Part shown: positions 38,853 to 51,900 of the stretch, piece after piece | Numbering within the stretch: position 1 is the stretch's first letter | How the letters are laid out: each line of letters starts with the position of its first letter | NCBI RefSeq assembly: GCF_964194025.1 | Contig: NC_134469.1 | Span: 70,556,001 to 70,620,000, forward strand | Length of the DNA stretch: 64,000 nucleotides | Direction: 5' to 3' | Source of the DNA: Convolutriloba macropyga | Lineage: Eukaryota | Position numbers and translations under genes: made by a program | The notes under the pieces: model-generated | Told to the model about the DNA's origin: nothing | What the model saw: only the letters and a program-made list of their open reading frames with translations | Database searches by the model: none

Positions 38853-39708
38853 AATATGTGCAAGAGTATTCTCCTGGAACGCGCTGTTGACTACATAAAG
38901 GAACTTCAATCTCAACTACCCGATTTTAGGACGGCAGAGGTAAAAAAAATTTCTTGTTATGAAGTATTTCAAGTTTGGTTTCGAATTACTCGAATGTATT
39001 ATTTGTATTGTGCACGTGTACATCCTAGCCATCTCGAAAAGAGTGCATACTATATCATAAGAATTACAATAGTTTAGGAATGCATCAAAAGCCAAATTGT
39101 TTTATGGCCAACGCTTTAGTTTTTTTTTATAAGTTAGAACCAGTTGTCATAATCGAAGTCTTTTTTTAAAGTTTAAATGTCAACAATTGCAGGCCTCCGA
39201 GGCGCCACTATACAAAGAGATAATCAATTTGAGAATAATGAACGAGGAGCTGAAGCGACAACTGACTCAGGTTCTCAACCGAAACGAACAGCCGCCACCC
39301 ATGTGCGCTGCTTGTGCCACACAGCTGCTCTGTCTTAAGTGCAGCGGACTCTTAGGTCAGTGTTTAGTTGCACCCACGTATTCACCTACCGATATAAAAG
39401 AGGAATCGCAGACAACAGACGTTGCTGGTATGAAAACATTGCCGATCGTTGCCTCGACCGATATCAGTCCGACGGTTATGATATCCACGAGTAGTCTGGG
39501 CGCTGTTCTGTCACCGACGCCTTCGAGGATTCTTTCAACAGGCTCACCCACAATGGTGCACGTGGACGAATCGACGATATCGTTTAGTAATGGAATCGGA
39601 AGTGTCATCGACCTGAATTGTTCCATTCCAGAATGTGCCCTAAGCGACGCATCTAACGAGGTGGAAATGATAAATCGGAATGCTTCCGTTCCGGACATCA
39701 ATTCTTAA
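38853..39708 (+). CDS. USF-like bHLH-leucine zipper protein; exons 38853-38939 and 39193-39708; upstream exon(s) unresolved
   Basis: Helix 2 KSILLERAVDYIKELQ. A phase-0 GT..AG intron (38940-39192) joins in frame to the zipper LYKEIINLRIMNEELKRQL and an S/T/P-rich tail. Confidence 0.7.
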
Positions 39709-39925
39709 AGAATCAATTTTTACCACTAACGGTTGTGACGAATGAGCGTGATTTTGCTCGGTGCTTATTTCTACTTGTACAGTTTTTACTGTTATGTCTT
39801 CTATTGTAAATTTGTCTTCTGATTTTTAAGTTTAAAAAATATACGTTTTCATACTCTCCTTATTTTGTGAGTAGCAAGCCCTAATTGATTGACTCAGGAT
39901 TTGTAAGGGGCTTTAGTTGCGTTTC

Positions 39926-40290
39926 TAAAGCTGTAAGCTGAGCGGAGCTCTTGATTTTGTGTTACAATTCAAAGAGTGAGCGAATGGTGTATGAACAAAA
40001 ATTCGCTTTCTCGTTTGTGGTTTTTATTTGTTTACATGCGGCATTTTTGCTTTGATTTTTACTGGTTTTTTTTTCATTTCTGATAGGATTTTTTTCTAAA
40101 TGGTTTTCCCAATCATGTCATAGACCTTTATAGTTCTGGATCTTTGTTTAGTCAATAAAAATTCTTTGAATTGTAGGTCAGGATTTGTTCTACTTTGTTT
40201 TTTGTTTCGTCGTCTGCTGCGTTTTACATTTGTTCACAAAGAAAGCTGAAAACGTCAATTTTCTAAATTACTTCTTCCTCCCGCTACGAA
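39926..40290 (+). mobile_element. Partial copy of the same HINE-like family
   Basis: AAGCTGTAAGCTGAGCG..GCTCTTG, GAACAAAAATTCGCTTTC and TTTGTTCACA..AAAGCTGAAAA are shared with 61985-62530. Confidence 0.7.
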
Positions 40291-40319
40291 GGAGTATTGG
40301 GCTTTTTGAATCTTGAGTT

Positions 40320-40564
40320 AAAATTGGGACAATAGATCGAATATTGATCTCGGCATAGTACCGTATCTGGCCATGCCCTGCGAGCCATGGCCATGCCTTA
40401 GCTGGCTGGGGGACTTGATGAATCTATCAAAACGGAACAAAATATTTCGACCGAATATTTTACGCGCTGTATTAAATCTGATTGGCCGTTAGAAGAATTT
40501 AATTTTCGATCTATTGTCCCAATTTTCGCTTTTGATCTGTTCTTCGATCTATTGTCCTAGCACC
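40320..40564. mobile_element. MITE-like inverted-repeat element
   Basis: AAAATTGGGACAATAGATCGAA (40320-40341) has an exact reverse complement at 40505-40526 and a further partial copy at 40543-40557. Confidence 0.65.
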
Positions 40565-42938
40565 ATTGAACGTATCTAGTTTGAAGTGTCGTGTAAGTCA
40601 GATGATATATTATAAATTGTGCTGATATACCAGCGTATGCAATTTATTTTCTATAAACAATTGTTAATGATCTCAATTTTTATTGCTGGTGCGTGTCTCT
40701 CAAGTGTAATTTCTTTTCTTTTCTACTTTTTTTGTCTTTGGGCTTTGCTTGATGTAAATTACTCACGGACTTAATTTTCGCAGCTAATCTCAATTGAACA
40801 CCTAAGTCAAATGAACGGTGCGCCAGAAGTTTCTTTCTAATCGCAGCTGAAGTCAATTGGCGGCAATTTAATACTAAAAGTCAAATGAAAAATGCGCCGA
40901 AACTGGTTAATAGTGGTATATGTTAACCGCTAATGTGGTTCTTTGAAGCCCTCTATTGAACTTCTTAGTCCCATTTAGGCTCCCCCCCCCCCCCCCCGAC
41001 TCAAGCAGGCTGCAATTCATTAGAGCTCCCACTAGTCGTTCGAGAGCAATTCCGACGTTTAGTCGGTTATGTTTTGTTTTTATCGTGTGCTCAGACGACA
41101 ATTTAGTGACTGTTTTGTAGTACGTATGCAAACTTATTGTAGTTCATGCACCGCAGCATTGTCATGCATGTTTTGGGGTACTTGTTCTTTTTAGCTTGGC
41201 TTTTTTTGGCCATTTTTTTACAGTTTGATTTTTGAGTTATTTTTTGGTGGTACAGGTTTTCATCGGAACTAGCTCGGTAATTATTAGGATGATAAATATA
41301 GGACTTATTTGGTGGTTGTTTTGTCTTTGATTAATTTAATATAGTTTTAACGAGTAGTTTTTTTGAATTTAGGGAAAGAACCTAACGCCAATTCAATACG
41401 AATCCTACGCAAATCTAATTCACGGTCTCATCAGTACTGATTGAAAACGGTGAATGTTACTTTTTACGCTTGTCAGTTATCTGCACGTCTTGGCCAAGGC
41501 TTTTATGTCTAAAAGCAAATAATGGACTAGACTCGGAAAGCATTAATTTAGTTTTCGGCAGCTAAAAAACGTCCAAATCTTCCAACAGAGGTCAGGAAAC
41601 GCCTAAAATAGCCATTGGCAAGAATGAAATGAAATTCATCAAAATAAAGTTGGGAAGCATGAAAGTCAGATCGGGAAAATTCTAACAGGAGCCGGGAAGT
41701 TGGAAAAACGTCGGGGAAGTCCCGAAAATTGACGGGAAATTGTCATTGTGAGGTCAGAAAAACCTACGCTTTTGCTTTCTTCAAATTATTATGTGACTCA
41801 AGTCTTTTGCAGTATCAAATTTTAGTGGCATAAGCATCATCTATTAACTCAGTGTAGGTAGCGGCATTGCATCCGTTGATCTGCAGGCCATGTACAAGTG
41901 CTGGAAATGTTTTTAGTGTCAGTTGACTCATTCTTGTTTTAACTGAATCGAATTTAGAGTATACTGCTAACTGCTTTCAGTAATACGCTTTCTCTCTCAA
42001 ATCAGCACATTTATCGAATGTAATGAAACTGAGGACCAAAATAGAACATTTTTGACTCGTGGAAAAAATTGGCTCTCGTCAATTTTTCTATGAATTTTCC
42101 CTAGCTTTCAATCCAAAGTTCTAGTTGTTTTAGTGGAATCGCAAAAAAATCATTATAGTGCCTTCCTGAAGTTATCTGTGTCTAGAATTGAAATAAATCG
42201 AATTTTGCAAAAAAGGCTAACTTTGGCAGCATGTCATCTAAGTTTAGAATAAAATGTAATCCTTTTGTTCTGAAATTACTTCTTGTTTTAATCAACTCAG
42301 ATAACTGGCAACTGTTTTGAGGGTAACTTAGAACAGCAAAGACTGTTGCTATCGAGATTTCTAAGACTTTTGCTATCGAGATTTCAAAAACATTAAAAAC
42401 GGTTTTGAGCAAAAATCATAGATGAACTTTTATCTCAGTTTGTCATATTAAAAATTCTTTGCACGTTTTTTTTAGGTTTTAAGAAACAAGAAAAAGTTTT
42501 CATTCAAAAACGATGACGATTAATTTTCATGGATTTCAAAAATTTCACAAAAGTAAGGGAAGATAACTCTAATCGGAGTTTAAAAAAGACTTGAAAATTT
42601 TTTCAGACATCCTTTCATCCACAAGCAAAAAACATGATTAAAATCACCAAAAAGCTATGGTTCTGCATCAAGTAATTCTAAACTTAGAGATTTAAGAGTA
42701 CCTGAGATAAGTTTTTGAGATTTTAAGTTTTATCCTACTTTTCTAAAATTGAATTTCTTTCATCTTCAAAGTAGACTCTCCTCGTTTACTCCGCTTCTAA
42801 TAATAAGCTTGTTTATTAAGCTTCTAATTTTTATAGAGTTTGGATCTTACTTGAGCGTAGTGTTTTTGTAGGATCTGCTCGCACATTTTTTTGAATAGTA
42901 CAAGCATCGTGTCGTTTTAGAGCGCTAATTGTTACTTT

Positions 42939-45900
42939 GCAACTGAGAGATGAAACGGATTATTGACTGCTTTTAATGGGTGCTTTTCAATTGCTTTTAA
43001 TACTAGAATTTTATAATGCCTTTGATGAAATTTTTGTTTTCGTTGTTTTTTTTAAATTCCGAATTTTGTTCGGATTTGATTTGGTCCGTTTTACAGACAG
43101 ATCGTTGTATTGCTGGAAGTTTCTTAGAAGTTGCTCTTAAGATTTTTGTTGGTTTGTTATAAAATTGCTCCACTAAATAAAAGGTAGAATGAAAAGTTAG
43201 CATCTGCTGCTTCTTTTTTGTATTTGTTTCTTTTGTTCTTATGTAGAAAAATGGCCTCTCTATTTTTTACTGAATCTTTGTTATTTTGCTATTGTTTTAG
43301 ACAAACTTTTATTCCCTGCGGAAAACACATTGAGATTGTCGGAGCATTTAACTCTGAAGTGGTAGGAAAGTTAATGATGCATTGTAAAGTGGGAATTTTC
43401 TTCTTGCACAGTCATATCAGCCTTTTGACCTTCTCATTTTATTCAAGTCTCAACAAGATTGCGCTCAGGACATTAGCACTAATATACGTCCAGTGATAGT
43501 TTTTAGAAGTTTGTGACTTGCTCGAATGAAACTATAGGCTTCGCGTTTTAATAAAAGGTTTCTTAAAGCTCCGCTTGCTTATTGTGTTTTGTTCACTTTT
43601 ACCTATTCTTCCAATGCTGGACTTCTGATGCTGCAACTCAACGAAAGTTTTATAAATATCTTTGTATATTGACGGTTCCTTGTTTTTTTTCTGTTTTTTA
43701 CCGCTGTTCCGATAAGTTTTCACTCCTGTAGTTGTCACTTTGATTTTGCAAGCTATCGCCGTCCATCAATCAATTCACCCCATTTAAATAGTAGTAGTGG
43801 CCAAGGCTTTTATTGGCAACTGAGAGATGAAACGGATTATTGACTGCTTTTAATGGGTGCTTCATCTTTTCAATTTCTTTTAATACTAGAATCTTATAAT
43901 GCCTTTGATGAAATTTTTGTTTTCGTTTTTGAATTTCCGAATTTTGTTCGGATTTGATTTGGTCCGTTCCACAGACAAATCATTGTATTTTTGAAAGTTT
44001 CTTAGAAGTTGCTCTTAAGATTTTTGTTGGTTTGTTATGAAATTGCTCCACTAAATAAAAGGTAGAATGAAAAGTTAGCATCTGCTGCTTCTTTTTTGTA
44101 TTTGTTTCTTTAGTTCTTATGTAGAAAAATTGCCTCTCTATTATTTACTGAATCTTTGTTATTTTGCTATTGTTTTAGACAAACTTTTATTCCCTGCGGA
44201 AAACACATTCAGATTGTCAGAGCATTTAACTCAAGTGGTAGGAAAATTCATCATGCATTGTAAAGTGGGAATTTTCTTCCTGCACATAATCATGTCAGCC
44301 TTTTGACCTTCTCATTTTGTTCAAGTCTCAACAAGATTGCGCTCAGGACATTTGCACTAATATACGTCCAGTGATAGTTTTTGAAGCTTGTGACTTGCTG
44401 GAATGAAACTATAGGCTTCGCGTTTTTATAAAAGGTTTCTTATAGCTCTGCTTGCTTATTGTGTTTTGTTCACTTTTACCTATTCTTCCAATGCTGGACT
44501 TCTGATGCTGTAACTCAACTAAAGTTTTTATAAATATCTTGTATATTGACGGTTCCTGGTTTTTTCTGTTTTTACCCGCTGTTCGTTAAGTTTTCACTCC
44601 TGTAGTTGTCACTTTGATTTTGCAAGCTATCGCCGTCCATCAATCAATTCACCCCATTTAAATAGTAGTAGTGGCCAAGGCTTTTATTGGCAACTGAGAG
44701 ATGAAACGGATTATTGACTGCTTTTAATGGGTGCTTCATCTTTTCAATTTCTTTTAATACTAGAATCTTATAATGCCTTTGATGAAATTTTTGTTTTCGT
44801 TTTTGAATTTCCGAATTTTGTTCGGATTTGATTTGGTCCGTTCCACAGACAAATCATTGTATTTTTGAAAGTTTCTTAGAAGTTGCTCTTAAGATTTTTG
44901 TTGGTTTGTTATGAAATTGCTCCACTAAATAAAAGGTAGAATGAAAAGTTAGCATCTGCTGCTTCTTTTTTGTATTTGTTTCTTTAGTTCTTATGTAGAA
45001 AAATTGCCTCTCTATTATTTACTGAATCTTTGTTATTTTGCTATTGTTTTAGACAAACTTTTATTCCCTGCGGAAAACACATTCAGATTGTCAGAGCATT
45101 TAACTCAAGTGGTAGGAAAATTCATCATGCATTGTAAAGTGGGAATTTTCTTCCTGCACATAATCATGTCAGCCTTTTGACCTTCTCATTTTGTTCAAGT
45201 CTCAACAAGATTGCGCTCAGGACATTTGCACTAATATACGTCCAGTGATAGTTTTTGAAGCTTGTGACTTGCTGGAATGAAACTATAGGCTTCGCGTTTT
45301 TATAAAAGGTTTCTTATAGCTCTGCTTGCTTATTGTGTTTTGTTCACTTTTACCTATTCTTCCAATGCTGGACTTCTGATGCTGTAACTCAACTAAAGTT
45401 TTTATAAATATCTTGTATATTGACGGTTCCTGGTTTTTTCTGTTTTTACCCGCTGTTCGTTAAGTTTTCACTCCTGTAGTTGTCACTTTGATTTTGCAAG
45501 CTATCGCCGTCCATCAATCAATTCACCCCATTTAAATAGTAGTAGTGGCCAAGGCTTTTATTGGCAACTGAGAGATGAAACGGATTATTGACTGCTTTTA
45601 ATGGGTGCTTCATCTTTTCAATTTCTTTTAATACTAGAATCTTATAATGCCTTTGATGAAATTTTTGTTTTCGTTTTTGAATTTCCGAATTTTGTTCGGA
45701 TTTGATTTGGTCCGTTCCACAGACAAATCATTGTATTTTTGAAAGTTTCTTAGAAGTTGCTCTTAAGATTTTTGTTGGTTTGTTATGAAATTGCTCCACT
45801 AAATAAAAGGTAGAATGAAAAGTTAGCATCTGCTGCTTCTTTTTTGTATTTGTTTCTTTAGTTCTTATGTAGAAAAATTGCCTCTCTATTATTTACTGAA

Positions 45901-48900
45901 TCTTTGTTATTTTGCTATTGTTTTAGACAAACTTTTATTCCCTGCGGAAAACACATTCAGATTGTCAGAGCATTTAACTCAAGTGGTAGGAAAATTCATC
46001 ATGCATTGTAAAGTGGGAATTTTCTTCCTGCACATAATCATGTCAGCCTTTTGACCTTCTCATTTTGTTCAAGTCTCAACAAGATTGCGCTCAGGACATT
46101 TGCACTAATATACGTCCAGTGATAGTTTTTGAAGCTTGTGACTTGCTGGAATGAAACTATAGGCTTCGCGTTTTTATAAAAGGTTTCTTATAGCTCTGCT
46201 TGCTTATTGTGTTTTGTTCACTTTTACCTATTCTTCCAATGCTGGACTTCTGATGCTGTAACTCAACTAAAGTTTTTATAAATATCTTGTATATTGACGG
46301 TTCCTGGTTTTTTCTGTTTTTACCCGCTGTTCGTTAAGTTTTCACTCCTGTAGTTGTCACTTTGATTTTGCAAGCTATCGCCGTCCATCAATCAATTCAC
46401 CCCATTTAAATAGTAGTAGTGGCCAAGGCTTTTATTGGCAACTGAGAGATGAAACGGATTATTGACTGCTTTTAATGGGTGCTTCATCTTTTCAATTTCT
46501 TTTAATACTAGAATCTTATAATGCCTTTGATGAAATTTTTGTTTTCGTTTTTGAATTTCCGAATTTTGTTCGGATTTGATTTGGTCCGTTCCACAGACAA
46601 ATCATTGTATTTTTGAAAGTTTCTTAGAAGTTGCTCTTAAGATTTTTGTTGGTTTGTTATGAAATTGCTCCACTAAATAAAAGGTAGAATGAAAAGTTAG
46701 CATCTGCTGCTTCTTTTTTGTATTTGTTTCTTTAGTTCTTATGTAGAAAAATTGCCTCTCTATTATTTACTGAATCTTTGTTATTTTGCTATTGTTTTAG
46801 ACAAACTTTTATTCCCTGCGGAAAACACATTCAGATTGTCAGAGCATTTAACTCAAGTGGTAGGAAAATTCATCATGCATTGTAAAGTGGGAATTTTCTT
46901 CCTGCACATAATCATGTCAGCCTTTTGACCTTCTCATTTTGTTCAAGTCTCAACAAGATTGCGCTCAGGACATTTGCACTAATATACGTCCAGTGATAGT
47001 TTTTGAAGCTTGTGACTTGCTGGAATGAAACTATAGGCTTCGCGTTTTTATAAAAGGTTTCTTATAGCTCTGCTTGCTTATTGTGTTTTGTTCACTTTTA
47101 CCTATTCTTCCAATGCTGGACTTCTGATGCTGTAACTCAACTAAAGTTTTTATAAATATCTTGTATATTGACGGTTCCTGGTTTTTTCTGTTTTTACCCG
47201 CTGTTCGTTAAGTTTTCACTCCTGTAGTTGTCACTTTGATTTTGCAAGCTATCGCCGTCCATCAATCAATTCACCCCATTTAAATAGTAGTAGTGGCCAA
47301 GGCTTTTATTGGCAACTGAGAGATGAAACGGATTATTGACTGCTTTTAATGGGTGCTTCATCTTTTCAATTTCTTTTAATACTAGAATCTTATAATGCCT
47401 TTGATGAAATTTTTGTTTTTGTTTTTGAATTTCCGAATTTTGTTCGGATTTGATTTGGTCCGTTCTACAGACAAATCATTGTATTTTTGAAAGTTTCTTA
47501 GAAGTTGCTCTTAAGATTTTTGTTGGTTTGTTATGAAATTGCTCCACTAAATAAAAGGTAGAATGAAAAGTTAGCATCTGCTGCTTCTTTTTTGTATTTG
47601 TTTCTTTAGTTCTTATGTAGAAAAATTGCCTCTCTATTATTTACTGAATCTTTGTTATTTTGCTATTGTTTTAGACAAACTTTTATTCCCTGCGGAAAAC
47701 ACATTCAGATTGTCAGAGCATTAAACTCAAGTGGTAGGAAAGTTCATCATGCATTGTACAGTGGGAATTTTCTTCTTGCACATAATCATGTCAGCCTTTT
47801 GACCTTCTCATTTTAGTCAAGTCTCAACAAGATTGCGCTCAGGACATTTGCACTAATATACGTCCAGTGATAGTTTTTGAAGCTTGTGACTTGCTGGAAT
47901 GAAACTATAGGCTTCGCGTTTTCATAAAAGGTTTCTTAAAGCTTCGCTTGCTTATTGTGTTTTGTTCACTTTTACCTATTCTTCCAATGCTGGACTTCTG
48001 ATGCTGTAACTCAACTAAAGTTTTTATAAATATCTTGTATATTGACGGTTCCTGGTTTTTTCTGTTTTTACCCGCTGTTCGTTAAGTTTTCACTCCTGTA
48101 GTTGTCACTTTGATTTTGCAAGCTATCGCCGTCCATCAATCAATTCACCCCATTTAAATAATGGTAGTGGCCAAGGCTTTTATTGGCAACTGAGAGATGA
48201 AACGGATTATTGACTGCTTTTAATGGATGATTCATCTTTTCAATTGCTTTTAATACTAGAATCTTATAATGCCTTTTATGAAATTTTTGTTTTCGTTTTT
48301 TTTTTGAAATTCTGAATTTTGTTCGGATTTGATTTGGTCCGTTTTACAGACAAATCGTTGTATTGTTGAAAGTTTCGTAGAAGTTGTTCTTAAGATTTTT
48401 GTTGGTTTGTTATGAAATTGCTCCACTAAATAAAAGGTAGAATGAAAAGTTAGCATCTGCTGCTTCTTTTTTGTATTTGTTTCTTTAGTTCTTATGTAGA
48501 AAAATTGCCTCTCTATTATTTACTGAATCTTTGTTATTTTGCTATTGTTTTAGACAAATTTTTTTTCCCTGCGGAAAACACATTCAGATTGTCAGAGCAT
48601 TTAACTCAAGTGGTAGGAAAATTCATCATGCATTGTAAAGTGGGAATTTTCTTCTTGCACATAATCATGTCAGCCTTTGACCTTCTCATTTTGTTCAAGT
48701 CTCAACAAGATTGCGCTCAGGACATTTGCACTAATATACGTCCAGTGATAGTTTTTGAAGCTTGTGACTTGCTGGAATGAAACTATAGGCTTCGCGTTTT
48801 TATAAAAGGTTTCTTATAGCTCTGCTTGCTTATTGTGTTTTGTTCACTTTTACCTATTCTTCCAATGCTGGACTTCTGATGCTGTAACTCAACTAAAATT

Positions 48901-51900
48901 TTTATAAATATCTTGTATATTGACGGTTCCTGGTTTTTTCTGTTTTTACCCGCTGTTCGTTAAGTTTTCACTCCTGTAGTTGCCACTTTGATTTTGCAAG
49001 CTATCGCCGTCCATCAATCAATTCACCCCATTTAAATAATAGTAGTGGCCAAGGCTTTATTGGCAACTGAGAGATGAAACGGATTATTGACTGCTTTTAA
49101 TGGATGATTCGTCTTTTCAATTGCTTTTAATACTAGAATCTTATAATGCCTTTGATGAAATTTTTGTTTTCGTTTTTTTTTTGAAATTCTGAATTTTGTT
49201 CGGATTTGATTTGGTCCTTTTTACAGACAAATCGTTGTATTGTTGAAAGTTTCTCAGAAGTTGTTCTTGAGATTTTTGTTGGTTTGTTATGAAATTGCTC
49301 CACTAAATAAAGGCTAGAATGAAAAGTTGGCATCTGCTGCTTCTTCTTTGTATTTGTTTCTTTAGTTCTTATGTAGAAAAATTGCCTCTTTTATTTACTG
49401 AATGTTTGTTATTTTGCTATTGTTTTAGACAAACTTTTATTCCCTGCGGAAAACACATTCAGATTGTCAGAGCATTTAACTCAAGGGGTAGGAAATTTCA
49501 TCATGCATTGTAAAGTGGGAATTTTCTTCTTGCACAATCATGTCAGCCTTTTGACCTTCTCATTTTATTCAAGTCTCAACAAGATTGCGCTCAGGACATT
49601 TGCACTAATATACGTCCAGTGATAGTTTTTGAAGCTCGTGACTTGCTCGAATGAAACTATAGGCTTTGCGTTTTAATAAAAGGTTTCTTAAAGCTCCGCT
49701 TGCTTATTGTGTTTTGTTCACTTTTACCTATTCTTCCAATGCTGGACTTCTGATGCTGTAACTCAACTAAAATTTTTATAAATATCTTGTATATTGACGG
49801 TTCCTGGTTTTTTCTGTTTTTACCCGCTGTTCGTTAAGTTTTCACTCCTGTAGTTGCCACTTTGATTTTGCAAGCTATCGCCGTCCATCAATCAGTTCAC
49901 CCCATTTAAATAATAGTAGTGGCCAAGGCTTTTATTGGCAACTGAGAGATGAAACGGATTATTGACTGCTTTTAATGGATGATTCATCTTTTCAATTGCT
50001 TTTAATACTAGAATCTTATAATGCCTTTGATGATATTTTTGTTTTCGTTTTTTTTTGAAATTCTGAATTTTGTTCGGATTTGATTTGGTCCGTTTTACAG
50101 ACAAATCGTTGTATTGTTGAAAGTTTCTTAGAAGTTGTTCTTAAGATTTTTGTTGGTTTGTTATTAAGTTGCTCCACTAAATAAAGGCTAGAATGAAAAG
50201 TTGGCATCTGCTGCTTCTTTTTTGTATTTGTTTCTTTAGTTCTTATGTAGAAAAATTGCCTCTTTTATTTACTGAATGTTTGTTATTTTGCTATTGTTTT
50301 AGACAAACTTTTATTCCCTGCGGAAAACACATTCAGATTGTCAGAGCATTTAACTCAAGGGGTAGGAAATTTCATCATGCATTGTAAAGTGGGAATTTTC
50401 TTCTTGCACAATCATGTCAGCTTTTTGACCTTCTCATTTTATTCAAGTCTCACAAGATTGCGCTCAGGACATTTGCACTAATATACGTCCAGTGATAGTT
50501 TTTGAAGCTCGTGACTTGCTCGAATGAAACTATAGGCTTTGCGTTTTAATAAAAGGTTTCTTAAAGCTCCGCTTGCTTATTGTGTTTTGTTCACTTTTAC
50601 CTATTCTTCCAATGCTGGACTTCTGATGCTGTAACTCAACTAAAGTTTTTATAAATATCTTGTATAATGACGGTTCCTGTTTTTTTTTCTGTTTTTACCC
50701 GCTATTCGTTAAGTTTTCACTCCTGTAGTTGTCAATTCGATTTTGCAAGCTATCGCCGTCCATCAATCAATTCACCCCATTTAAATAGTAGTAGTGGCCA
50801 AGGCTTTTATTGGCAACTGAGAGATGAAACGGATTATTGACTGCTTTTAATGGATGATTCATCTTTTCAATTGCTTTTAATACTAGAATCTTATAATGCC
50901 TTTGATGATATTTTTGTTTTCGTTTTTTTTTTGAAATTCTGAATTTTGTTCGGATTTGATTTGGTCCGTTTTACAGACAAATCGTTGTATTGTTGAAAGT
51001 TTCTTAGAAGTTGCTCTTAAGATTTTTGTTGGTTTGTTATGGAATTGCTCCACTAAATAAAGGGTAGAATGAAAAGTTGGCATCTGCTGCTTCTTTTTTG
51101 TATTTGTTTCTTTTGTTCTTATGTAGAAAAATTGCCTCTCTATTATTCACTGAATCTTTGTTATTTTGCTATTGTTTTAGACAAACTTTTATTCCCTGCG
51201 GAAAACACATTGAGATTGTCGGAGCATTTAACTCTAAAGTGGTAGGAAAGTTCATCATGCATTGTAAAGTGGGAATTTTCTTCTTGCACAATCATGTCAG
51301 CTTTTTGACCTTCTCATTTTATTCAAGTCTCACAAGATTGCGCTCAGGACATTTGCACTAATATACGTCCAGTGATAGTTTTTGAAGCTCGTGACTTGCT
51401 CGAATGAAACTATAGGCTTTGCGTTTTAATAAAAGGTTTCTTAAAGCTCCGCTTGCTTATTGTGTTTTGTTCACTTTTACCTATTCTTCCAATGCTGGAC
51501 TTCTGATGCTGTAACTCAACTAAAATTTTTATAAATATCTTGTATATTGACGGTTCCTGGTTTTTTCTGTTTTTACCCGCTGTTCGTTAAGTTTTCACTC
51601 CTGTAGTTGCCACTTTGATTTTGCAAGCTATCGCCGTCCATCAATCAGTTCACCCCATTTAAATAATAGTAGTGGCCAAGGCTTTTATTGGCAACTGAGA
51701 GATGAAACGGATTATTGACTGCTTTTAATGGATGATTCATCTTTTCAATTGCTTTTAATACTAGAATCTTATAATGCCTTTGATGATATTTTTGTTTTCG
51801 TTTTTTTTTGAAATTCTGAATTTTGTTCGGATTTGATTTGGTCCGTTTTACAGACAAATCGTTGTATTGTTGAAAGTTTCTTAGAAGTTGTTCTTAAGAT

